From Podarcis cretensis (Eukaryota), in assembly GCA_951804945.1 (NCBI GenBank), contig OX638150.1, positions 55,552,001 through 55,616,000 of the forward strand: a DNA stretch of 64,000 bases, in the 5' to 3' direction. The notes under the pieces are model-generated. The model was not told the DNA's origin, did not search any database, and saw only the letters and a program-made list of their open reading frames with translations. This document shows, piece by piece, positions 52,736 through 64,000 of this stretch (positions are counted from its first letter, which is position 1; each line of letters starts with the position of its first letter). The translations under genes were made by a program, and so were the position numbers.

Positions 52736-52772
<37 letters not shown>
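52736..52772. repeat. (CA)n microsatellite, (UG)n in the probable ARHGAP26 3'UTR
   Basis: Direct reading. Confidence 0.95.
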
Positions 52773-52773
<1 letters not shown>

Positions 52774-53895
52774 AGGCTACAAAGCAAGCAAGGGACATAA
52801 TGACAGAAAGTATTGCTGTGAGTGACAGAAGCTGCCCACATCAAAGAAATAAGAAAGGCCCAAGTGCACAATAGGCTTTGGATGCTTGTTTCTACAAATT
52901 TGTGCTAGTAAGTGACAAGAGAAGGACAGCAAGTCAGTCTATGTGCTATTCCACAAAAGCAACTCCTTGACCTCTAAGAAGGAAATTCCTGTTTGAAGAG
53001 ATTGCAGATATTTTAGTCTTAGCCATTCTGTTGTTGTTGTTTTTTTTAAAAAGCCTTTATGAACTTTGGTCCAAAACATTATATTCTTCATATTGCTGAT
53101 GGATATTTTTTGGGATCACAGTTGCTACACACACTCTGGAAAAACATTCAGATTCTGTTGTGTGTCTTGCTTGGACATTAAAAAGTTAAAAGCATTACTG
53201 TAATGGAACTGCTGTATTGTTTTTGGTCTATGTAGTGAAGCAGTTCTCATTATTGGAATTATTTATGTGTTGATTGCTGTCCAGGATGGCTAATCTCTGC
53301 AGAGGAAAGCCATTAGTGTTGATGTACATAAACATTATTTTCACCTTCTGAAGATAAAAGGAACAGACATGGTTTCCTCCAAACCAATTGGAGGTTTATT
53401 TTGGCCAGCTAGAGGAAAGTGCAGGGGGTCTAATTTTTGTTCATCTAGCATTCCCTGGGTGTTACCCGAGAGGGCACCTGCAATGACTTTTTGTGATTTT
53501 GTGCAAGTAATTCCAGTTAAATGGGGCTTGGTATCAAGCAATCATTTTAAGCCACATTTACACACACACCTTGCTAATATCGTGCCCTCTAAAACAAAAC
53601 ACAATTTAGAAAGTGGGTGCACACCTTTTGTAGAAGAGCGGAACCATTTATGCTGAAGTTCCTCCCCTTCCCCCTTTCACATCCACCATTTCCTGCAGTG
53701 TCTTTGTACAAACAATGCATTACATAACAAGGAGCAACATACATTATTTACATAAACATTCATCTGAACAGGCACCAGAGTCCTTCACCTTTCTTTTCAC
53801 AGTGGCAAACAGCAAATGATCTACAATACTCTAATCGGCAGTTGTCATGGATACCATGTAAAGCTCAGCAATGTTGTGTGTGAATGGGTCCATAG

Positions 53896-53984
53896 TTATA
53901 GAAACTCCACATAGTTCTCAGGGATCAATCCTGTTTTTCCATTCAAGGTTCCTTCCAACCAGCCAGGCTCTTGAGATGGATGAA
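53896..53984 (-). CDS. ARHGAP26: ARHGAP26 last coding exon, C-half of SH3, stop TAA
   Basis: - strand ctcttctcag|TT acceptor; (V)[28 protein letters not shown]; phase matches the upstream exon; synteny with NR3C1. Confidence 0.96.
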
Positions 53985-56168
53985 CTGAGAAGAGAGTTGA
54001 AGGTTATTAAGTCTATAAATCCGAAACTTTAAAATAGAACTAGAATGTTGACTAACTTTTATATTTCCTGTTCTTCCTGGCCGTAGGAGTGGGATGGATC
54101 CTCATCCTGGCCACAGAAAGAAAGGGTTACCCTCCAATTAAGTCTTCCTCTCAGAGGAGGGGCTCCACATAACATGCCTGAGCAGTGTACTTTCCAACCG
54201 CAAACAGCAACTTAGCAAACCTATTACCTGTATGTCTAAATAATAAAAGGTTAAGAAAGAGTGAGGAAGATAGTTGAGAGACATCCCTGGATGTCTCTGC
54301 CTAACCCTATCCATAAATCAGCAAACAGAGAGAAGAGGGCACTACTGAAGAATGAACCAGACTACCCTGAATCTACCAGGAAGAACAGAACATTTATTGG
54401 TCAGACAACATTCCATTTTCCACCCCTAGTGTCCAGCAATTTCATCCTCAAGGGGATATAGCCACCCCTGGCCAAAAAATCCCTCTCTCCCAGAATACTA
54501 CGAAGTGCCACATCCTGTGTTAACAGAGAGACTTCTATAGTGTTTACAATCACTGTTGGGATTGCGGATTACACAGGAGGAGGAAAAGAAAAGTAGTAGT
54601 GAGGGTGACAATGGATATGATCAAACATACATATGCATTTACGCTCTGCTTCAGTAGGAGGCAAGGACTAAGGGGTTAAAGTCTCTGGCTTCATCTCTCT
54701 CCCATCTCTTGCCGAAGAGTCTAAATGTTTATGGTTCCCCTTGCTCATTTCCCTTTTCTGTAGTGCTGAGGTTTCAAATTCCATCTTTCTTCCCTTGTGG
54801 CCTATTCCTCAGCCTAAAATTTCCTTCCATATTATCTTGCCTAGAATTCATTCCCACAGTCTCCTTGTCCCCACCCTCCCCACCCTTTTCTTTTTTTAAG
54901 CTCTCTATGTTTATGTAGTTAACAGACATTAGGAAACTATATTCCTGTTTGTGAAAGCCATCGTGATGACAACAGGGTTACATAAGCCTGGTCATACATT
55001 CTAGCTCACAGGAGGAGGAAGGAAGAAGGAAGGAAGTATTATCAAGAGGCCATTGCTGTTTCTGTGCAGATAATGCAAAAGCCACTCTTGGGACTGAACA
55101 GGGCTTTATGGGGAGAAAAAATCTGGAAAGATAACCTTCAATACTTAAGAAAATTAATGCACTTATTCTCTTTCTGGCTTGCTCATTAATGGGATTTCCT
55201 ATGCTCGACTCTGGCAAAGCGTTTCCTTTACTGATTTAAACTCTAAGCTGGCAATAGACATGAGGACAGCCCCGAGATAACTCCTCCCCCCTGCAAAAAG
55301 ATGTTTAGGGTAGTGTGGGTTCCAGGCCAAACTTCCACAAAAGAATGCTACCAATATATATACTTTGGAGCAAGTAAAAAGTTAACAGCAAAAGTGTGGC
55401 ACTTGAACTTGAGTTGCTCACCCGCGTGCAATCGTGTGCAATTTAAACACCCCCATTCCGCTCCTCGCCCCACTCCCATTCTGCCCTTTTAGTGACATTT
55501 TTTATGACGTTTCTGGGTCAATTCCGGGTTTGGCGCTGTGTATGTTTGCACAATTGTACACATATTGGTCATGCCTAAAACAGGGGTTGGCTTTATTTGG
55601 TTCCATACCTAAATCTGAGGTTGGGGATTACGTTAATCTATCAAATGAAACACAAAACTGCCTGAGTAGATTTGAACATGATTTTATGCCAAGAGATGAG
55701 AGGCCAGCAAAGTAATAGTAATAGCCCTCTTCCTCCTCCTTACTTTTTATTCTGCCCTTCCTTGAAGGAACTGAAGGCAGAAACCATGGTAGGAATCCCA
55801 CCATATTATTTCCTCCTCACCCGATTGCATAGGTTTTCAACATGTTATCAAAATTTAACACAAATAACAGCCTTACAATGACAATGGATTTATTATAACT
55901 AGAATGGTTAGTATCAAGGTTGCTTTTACTTATTCATACTCTATATCCCTCTCTCATTTTGTTCTAGCCCACTAATGTGTATGAGGACAAGGAAAATGCT
56001 TGCATATGGATTGGGTTGGGGAGCAGGAAGAGGAATTTGCGTAAGTATACCTTTCTGTAAAAAATTCAAGACATTTTATTTCAAAACTGAACATCAAAGT
56101 CCCTCTAATGGTTAAACAAGCAAAACAATGAGGCACTTGGGAACAATAGACCTCTAGTTGGTTTGGAA

Positions 56169-56305
56169 CAGGCTTCCTCAAACTTGGCCCTCCAGTTGTT
56201 TTTGGCCTACATTTCGCATGATCCCTAGTTAACAGGACCAGCGGTCAGGGATGATGGGAACTGTAGTCTCAAAACATCTGGAGGGCCCGAGTTTGAGGAA
56301 GCCTG
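56169..56305. mobile_element. Palindromic hAT-type MITE (same family as 31918)
   Basis: CAGGCTTCCTCAAACT ... AGTTTGAGGAAGCCTG; 6/8 TSD GTTTGGAA / GTCTGTAA. Confidence 0.85.
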
Positions 56306-57423
56306 GTCTGTAATTTCTTTCTTAGACTTGGAATACAAATTTACTTTTTAAGAGGAAACAGTATGCGTATCGTAGGGAAAGTTTTTAAAATATTAGCATT
56401 AAGGAAGTTACATGACACCTCAAAAGACATCAGTAAATGATATGGGCTCATTTGTGCTGGTTCTGTCTTATACACATGGCTAAATTTCTAGGGGTGTCAA
56501 CAGGAAAACTGTATGTACTGGTATTAGCTACACAATCCTATGCATGTCTACACATAAGTAAATCCCAATCCAGGTCAATGGGATTTTTCCTGGATAAACT
56601 GCATCCTAAATCAATCAATCTGAATCTATTTCAGGCCTGGAGTTAACTTTCAAGCCCTGGGCACTAATACATGTGAATGTCACCCTAGGGAAAAAAGGCA
56701 TCTTTCATTGCATTGCCATAACTGCTAAAATTTTCTCCTCCCATGTGATATCTGCATAGTCCTTATTGAACTGCCCTGTCCCTCTTCTTTTTATTTTGTT
56801 AAAGACAATTCTTGAGCAGCTACTTGACTCTCCATCTTTTGTTACATTTCTCATTTCATTTATACCCCGTGGAATGTAAGTGATTTACCTCATTTTTGTG
56901 TATATTTTATATTTGTAGGCTAATTCTGCATTCTACAGCTTTTCTCTCCAGACAGTCTCTTCTTACATCCTTAGTCAAATTTACATGTTTGTATTAAAAT
57001 GATTAATGCAATTGGTTTTTTATTATCCTTTCAATTGATTTCCACATCGTTCCATTATTATATTTAGATCAGAACAGGATACTGTATAGGAGAAGGTCAT
57101 CTGTATAATCCTTGTTAGTATTCTCAACATGTAAGGATTTTTTTTTTTGTTTTCTTAAACAGTATTTAGCTTTAATGTCCCCCATCACAGGCAGAAAACT
57201 TCAGCTTCTAAGGAAGATGGTAAGAGGGGCGGATGAAATTTTGCAGTTAAACCAAGGAAGGCAGAGAAACATTTAGAGAGATCGTGTAAATGATTTAAAG
57301 AGAAGGAGGAACTTGTTGCCAATGCTTTATACTGTTCTGGCCGAATCCTCCAAAAGAGGCAGTATTTCAGGGATACAAGAATTAATGCTCATTCAGGAGC
57401 TTATAGCAATGAAAAACTGGTGC

Positions 57424-57567
57424 ATCATAGAATAATCGTCGTAGAGTTGGAAGGGAGCATGAGGGTAATCTCATCAACCCCCCTGCAATGCAGAATTCTT
57501 TTGCACAATGTAGGGCTGAAACCCATGACCCTGAGATGTAGAGTTTCATGCTTTGTTGATTGAGCTA
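57424..57567 (-). mobile_element. tRNA-Lys/CR1-tail SINE, decayed copy
   Basis: Aligns by eye with 45284-45433. Confidence 0.65.
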
Positions 57568-57800
57568 TACTTGGTCTATGGTATCGAAACAAGTGGCTGT
57601 GAAATTATATTGTGTGATATCCTGTTGTAACCATCTGCTAGTGCAGTGAAGTCCTGCTTCCTTTCTACAGTAATGGTTGCTTGTGCCTGAATTGAGAAAA
57701 GTTCTGTAGCTATAGTAGTCACATCACCTACTTACCCTCATTTTCCTCCAGTCAGTAAATGTTGGAGTTATGAGTATGCATATGGGGACCTACCTTTCAT

Positions 57801-58113
57801 GATCGAAAGGTCGGCGGTTCGAATCCCTGCGGCGGGGTGCGCTCCCGCTGCTCGGTCCCAGCGCCTGCCAACCTAGCAGTTCGAAAGCACCTCCAGGTGC
57901 AAGTAGATAAATAGGGACCGCTTACCAGCGGGAAGGTAAACGGCGTTTCCGTGTGCGGCTCTGGCTCGCCAGAGCAGCGATGTCACGCTGGCCACGTGAC
58001 CCGGAAGTGTCTCCGGACAGCGCTGGCCCCTGGCCTCTTAAGTGAGATGGGCGCACAACCCCAGAGTCTGTCAAGACTGGCCCGTACGGGCAGGGGTACC
58101 TTTACCTTTACCT
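57801..58113 (+). mobile_element. Sauria SINE, young, 5'-truncated, in the last ARHGAP26 intron
   Basis: Near-identical to the other young copies from GATCGAAAGG onward; ACCTTT tail. Confidence 0.9.
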
Positions 58114-58848
58114 ATTCTGGGATTCTACTCTTGTTGGAGTAGAGAAGATTAGAAGAACTACGTGTTTGCCTGAGCTATGGCAAACCTTACAATTATGATG
58201 ATTTTTTCCCCTGCAGCTAATGGTTGCTGCCATGGACAGTACCATCATCTCTATCTGCCATATCTTTCCCCTGAAATCAGCTCGCAAACTGGAAGTTCGC
58301 ATTCGTTGGAGGGATGTGGCATGATCCCGATGTCTCTCAAACTACCTCCAACCCGTCCTACTCAGAAACTGGGATGCCACACAAATGGAAAAAAACCAAC
58401 AACATTTGTTTGGTACATTATACTAGCTGAAAAATGACCTTTTTGTTTGTCAGCATGCCAAAAATGGGGGTGGGGGTAGGGGGCGATGATGGACCCATCA
58501 TCTATAAATGGCAAGTGCGGAAAGGCCCTCATTGCTTACATTTATAAGCCGCCATACAGTATAAAGTATACAACCCCCTACTGAGTTATTTAAATGTAGG
58601 AAGCAACACTGAATAGTTTGCCCATCTTTGCTGTGATCATATGGCAGGCTTAAATAAATAAATAAATAAATAAAACTGAACTGAAAGAATGGAAGGAAAT
58701 TCTGTCGCACCTTTCACTGCATTAAAAACATAAGGAGGTTTACAAATACTTCATTGGTGTGATAGGGTTAAAAACTTTTACAGAAATTAGAGATCTAAGT
58801 TAATCAACTCTGTAGTTGGCAAATTGTCATTCTACATGCCAATGTAGC

Positions 58849-58886
<38 letters not shown>
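58849..58886. repeat. (ATT)n microsatellite
   Basis: Direct reading; produces the poly-Ile spurious ORF. Confidence 0.95.
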
Positions 58887-58887
<1 letters not shown>

Positions 58888-60457
58888 ACCTAGGGAGGGA
58901 AAGGTACTCCTATGCATGGTGATTTGAGCAAATGAAACAAAGAGCATGAAATAACGAACCACTGTTCCCACTGTGAAATGTGAAAAATTGGCTGCTTTTC
59001 TCCTGGCCAGAGATGGGATTCTCTTAGAGCTTATGCTGTGTCTTGTCAAAGATAGCAGAGGTTCAGGGTATGCAGAAGAGGTGGGGCTCTCTCTTTTGCT
59101 ACATACGCTCAGTTTGACTAATGAGAAGCAGACTAACATAGCTTGACTTGCTAACTCTCACACAAGATTATAGCTCCAAGTAGAAAAAGTATGGCAAATA
59201 AAAAAATGTGCTTCATTTGACATGATATTTGTCTTGTTAAAAACTATTTTAAAAGTGTTTTCTCTTAATGCAGCAATTATAAAATGCATTTTGCCACATT
59301 CAGTAGGTCGACTGCAACATAGTCCTAAGTGAGGTAACTAGGCATGGAATGAGATCCACTTGCACAACAAGACTCGCTTCTCCTCTCGTCCCCCAACCTG
59401 TTCTGGGTCCTCCCCCCAACTTTTCACAGCATATTTAGGAGGCGTGGGGGCAGAAAAGGGGGGAAGTCCCACTGCGCTGAGTGGACCTCATTCCGTGCAC
59501 ACAACAACTTATTTGAATCTAGTGAATATTATGCAAGTTGTCTCTCAGTGTGGCCCAGCTGATTTTTATCTAGCAACCACTGTTTGTTCAATATAAACAG
59601 CCTTTCTCTATTTGTTCTGCTTTTCTGTATGCCTAAGAGCCAGGGGAGAGCAGGCTACTAATCAGCAGAGAGTTCCAAGAATTCTATCTGAAGCTTGCAG
59701 TCTTATAAATAGATTCATTCTCTTCTTCAGTACCTTTTGTTTTTGCAAAAATGGTAAATTATGGCCACTTCTTCTCTCCCAGCTCCTAAACTTGGCACTC
59801 TTCCTCACTTAAACCTGTTAAGAGTCTCTGTCCTCAAACCCACAACTACACCTGGTTTGTCCACCAGCCATTTGGTAATTTTCAGTAAGTCTTTTACTCC
59901 TGACCAACTGACCCATTAGCAGGTATGGAAAAAGATGACACTGCTAACCTACCCATGTTGAATGAACTGGGCTGGTATCTCTGGTATATTATTATCAATC
60001 CAACTGAAATCTCTTCAGTATTAACTGAACTGACAACCTGCAGTTAGAAATACAGCCAAATATTTATGTGGTTGACTAGAGCTTTACAAATTTCAACATC
60101 CACAAAATTAGCCATGTTTTCCCCTGCTCATTATTCCCCATTTTCCCACCATAATTGCCCTATGCCAGCAGCTCTCTCTCCTCCTTGGGTTCAATTGAGT
60201 ATTTACCCTTGCAACCCCAAAGATGCACAAACTGGTGTGCAACATACAGTTTTTAGCCCATATGTTCCCAATCAGATGGGCAGAAAGATGTAGTCTGTAT
60301 CACCATTTGTAACAGGATGAAGTCTTAATATTACTCAGTGGGAAACACAAGCCTTCCCTCTTAGATTTCTCAATGGGAAACACAAGCCTTCTCTCTTGAG
60401 AAATCACCATTCACTCTTCTTTGTGTTATGTAGGACTGGCCACACATGGATACTCAC

Positions 60458-60549
60458 CATTATCAAATATGGTGCCTGCAGTGAAGGAGAGTTCTGAGTC
60501 GTGCTCTGCTTTGCAAGCATAGAGTGCTCTGGCTCTGCGGAATGGAGAA
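60458..60549 (-). CDS. ARHGAP26: ARHGAP26 (GRAF1) penultimate coding exon, N-half of SH3
   Basis: - strand ttgcag|T acceptor, G|gtgagt donor; 92 nt; SPFRRARALYACKAEHDSELSFTAGTIFDN(V). Confidence 0.95.
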
Positions 60550-61750
60550 CTGCAAAAATAATAACAAAAGAATCAGCACGCAGGAAGGTTTGCACATGTT
60601 TTCTTTTCGTGTGTGTATGCAGACTTGAGTATTTCTAAAGTATTTTCTTCTGAAAAATTCTTGAAACGTGGATCAAAACTGCCAGATGGCAAAATGTGAA
60701 GGAAAAGATGAAACACAGGTCAAGGGAAAGATAAAAGGAATAATATTCAAGATAACACCAAGCATATTTAGAGGATGAGAGAGAGAGAGTGGGGTAACAT
60801 TTCTTCTCCAAAACCAAGTTTTGTTATTTTGGATTTTCAACATTAACTGCTGCATTTGTGACCAAGGGAAGCCCATGGTTGCCCAATGGAATGAGCAATA
60901 CTATGTCAGGGAGTGATGGGCAATTAAAAAAGAAAAGAAAAGAATTAGAGGCAGAGAAAAGGAATCAACTCTAAAGAGTCAGCTGGAAAAACTTTGTGAG
61001 GGAGAGAGTTTCTGATAAGAAACATAATCCAGAGGCCTGGCTCCTGGTTGAGGCTGACGTAACCAAACTCTGCTAGCAATCTTTCCCTGGCATTGTAAAT
61101 CATTTGAACTGAGGATTTGTTGGTAATTTTTCTCTCTAGCTCAGTTCCAAGACTCCATCTGCTTGAACAGTACAATGCAAATTTCCAACCCCGAGGAAGC
61201 CTTTCCTATAGTGATTTACCTGCAGTGGAACCTCCATGCCACAAAGCACAGTCCTGCCTACTCACATGTTACAGAGGCTTGAGAAATAAAGCATCATCAA
61301 TCTGGAGTGGCAGCTGCTAGTTTAAGCCCTGGACATGCTGCCCCATGAGTGATCTCTTTCCCTCAGGGGAAGAGTGGGAGAATGAGACACATTTTCCCCA
61401 ACAAAGCTCCTGGTCCTGCAGGAGTCAACTGTTGCTGCTGTGACAGTTCTTGGATTTCACCCAGTCAAAAAAGCTTGAGTGAAAGTGATGGCGCCTAGAT
61501 GAGGCACTCTGGTTGGTAGAGCTATGGCAGCTTCCTAACTGTAACTGGGAGCTAGCAGAAAGTGACACCTTTCAAGAAGAGGCTTCTAAGCCCTGTTTTC
61601 TCAGTCATTTTAGAGAGACCTTAAAACCCAAAGCATTAAATGCCCTTTTGCTTAGAGGGCATTCACCAGTATGATTAATCTGCATTTTAAAGGACAATTG
61701 GACTGCTAAACAGCAAGTAATGTAACCCACCAGAGAGCTCAGAGGCATTA

Positions 61751-61779
61751 TTATGATTATGATTATGATTATGATTATG
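61751..61779. repeat. (TTATGA)n hexanucleotide repeat
   Basis: Direct reading. Confidence 0.9.
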
Positions 61780-64000
61780 GATTGATTTTATTAGTTTTTC
61801 TTGGATTGAGAAATGTCCCATACTTTACTCTCTCCCCCCCCCCATTTTCCACTGAAAAACCTTTTGTTCTGGAATTTGGATACACACAATTCCTTCCATT
61901 GGTTTCTGATATTTATTTTTTTCCTCCTTGCAGATTAGCCATATGCCTGACTGAATGCGTTAACACAGCATTTTCCCCCCATTAGCAAAAAGCACAGTTG
62001 TTAAATCTGAGCGCCTTTACGGTCTTTGAACATCCTTTGCTGACAAATGCATAAAGGGGAAAAACAGATCACCTGGCCAGCAGCATAATTAATGTTAGAA
62101 AATGGTAGAGAAGTTTCATTCCAATCCAGATCAGGAGATCTTCAACGGAAGTTTGTTAAAGCAGCCAACAATTATTGCATATTAACTCTAGTTAAGCAGA
62201 ACCTCCATCTAATAATCTATCAAGTGTTTCAACTAGAAGGAAGGCCAATGGGGGATCTCCTCCTAATGCAAATAATATATTTCAGGCGAGATTGTCATCT
62301 GAGAATATGGTTAAATTCTCCCTCTTTCCCTGCTGTGATCACAATAATTATCACCACTAGTGGATGCTTAAAAAAAGAAGTGTATGTTAACAACACATCC
62401 TGTTTGGTTCTTGTCTAAATTGAGATTAAACTATGAAAAAACCCTAGTCCTTTTCTGGCACTAATTAGTGATACTTTATCTTTGTAAACATTATCAAGAT
62501 GGTTAAGAGCCTTAAATTCAACTGCTGCAGCTTCCCATTGATTAGATATAAAAACTGATGTTTTAATGCACACAATCACTCAAGCACATGGCATAACAGC
62601 AGAGTAAAAATATATTAGTGTGAATGAATGTTAGGAACAGAAAGCTACATACTGAACATGTCCAGCAATTATTACAAAGTCTGTAAATCCAAACCTAATG
62701 AATGGAAGACTAACCCACCCAGCACTACTTAATGACTAGAACCAAATCATTCAGTGCCTCAAAACTGGGTATAAAATTCACAAGGAGGCAATTTCAAAAG
62801 GAGGCACTTTACTAAAAACATTTCCAAGAAAAACATCTAGTTACGTAAAGAGATTGTGACAATTGCAGGCTTCCCCCTTGTTTCCTGTTCAAAGCTCTGA
62901 GACCAGGAACAAGACACACTTATTTATAATTTTTTCCTCATCCCACAAATTCTCTAATGGAATCTTACCCACCACACCTCGGCAACAACAAAAGTCTTAC
63001 ACAGAACATTCAGTTTAGGATTCCTGTTTGAAGACCACATTAACAGGAATATGATAATCAAAAGCAATATTTAGCATTCAGATAGATTCAACGAATAATG
63101 GGAAAACATAACACCTGAAAACATTTCCATTGCAATATGTTTGTGTGTGGAAATTAATTAATACGAACCTTGCATTCAAGAGTCTTCCATGAAGGGTCCC
63201 TCCCCAAAAATGTTCAGAATACAACATTTTACTTGAGTCACTATGACCAATTATGGCTTATGTGCTCCATGAAACCAACATGTTGGGTCAAGCGGTTTGT
63301 CTGGATTTGTAGAACACCCGCAGGAATGAAAACAAATGAGAAGGGGAACTCCACAGAGACATTAAACACAGTTTAGGGAGATGGGAAGCAAAGCCGGCAG
63401 GGCGGGGGTGCACAGGGGAAGACAGTGCATTAATTGGTAATTAATACAAGTTACAAGAACAGCTTTGAACAATAAATTGCCACTGCCTGGTCCATTTCTT
63501 TTCCTGGTTTCTTTTCTTTGCTGTTATCTTAGTGTATGGTGCTGCAATGCCCTCCCTTTCGTGCTGCAGTGCCCTTCATAGCCCAGCCTGCATTACCAAG
63601 GGCATTAATGAGCCCTAGATCTTTCTGATCAGGCTTCTTCTTCTTTTTTTTTAATTTCTGCCTCTGAGCATGGCACATGGCCAGAAAAGCACTCAGTCGA
63701 GTTTTGCCCATGTGACCTTGTACAGTTTATGGGAAGAGTGAGAGATTCCCTTGTGTGCGCACACACCCCAGACTCATAATGACAGCAATTCTGATTATGT
63801 TACACTAGATGCAGCCTTGTATCAAAACTAAAATGTGACATAGCCACCTTGTAGGGGTATTTACATTTGCAGATATAAGGCTTGTGAGTGGCTTCCAGTT
63901 AAAATTACCATACCCTGGCCAGAATGCATGTGTCTTTTCTGTGCCCTGTTAATAAACTATAATGTCTACCATGCATCCCTGTAAAAAGCAAGCAAGTGAG

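Noticed and set aside
60945-61175. - strand ORF containing QEPGLW, reminiscent of the SH3 QEPGW motif
   Set aside because: The real QEPGW exon is at 53896-53984; there is no further similarity or splice support here
63165-63310. Possible additional ARHGAP26 exon upstream of the SH3 exon
   Set aside because: No similarity to the Ser/Pro-rich ARHGAP26 region and no clean open frame; upstream exons likely lie beyond the window

Overview
Squamate (lizard, probably lacertid, judged from the Sauria SINEs) genomic DNA, AT-rich and mostly intronic or intergenic. The + strand carries the 3' part of the glucocorticoid receptor gene NR3C1: seven coding exons (human exons 3-9alpha; DBD, hinge, LBD) from 5988 to 23933, all GT-AG and in frame, then a ~6.3 kb 3'UTR ending near 30271. 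The - strand carries the last two coding exons (SH3 domain) of ARHGAP26 (60549-60458 and 53984-53896), giving the tail-to-tail NR3C1/ARHGAP26 arrangement known in mammals. Most ORF-track entries are spurious. The main non-coding observations are: (i) a TSD-flanked Penelope-like retroelement remnant in NR3C1 intron 4 built as nested inverted repeats with two hammerhead-ribozyme cores, where the sense copy could fold as a monomer but is base-paired to its antisense twin in a ~95-bp hairpin; (ii) two ~98%-identical inverted Sauria SINEs bracketing the frame-preserving second-zinc-finger exon; (iii) apparent loss of the GR-gamma tandem splice donor; (iv) a ligand-pocket M646L-equivalent change; (v) a 3'-truncated 7SK retrocopy in intron 6. 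Comparisons to human sequence are from memory and need confirmation by alignment.
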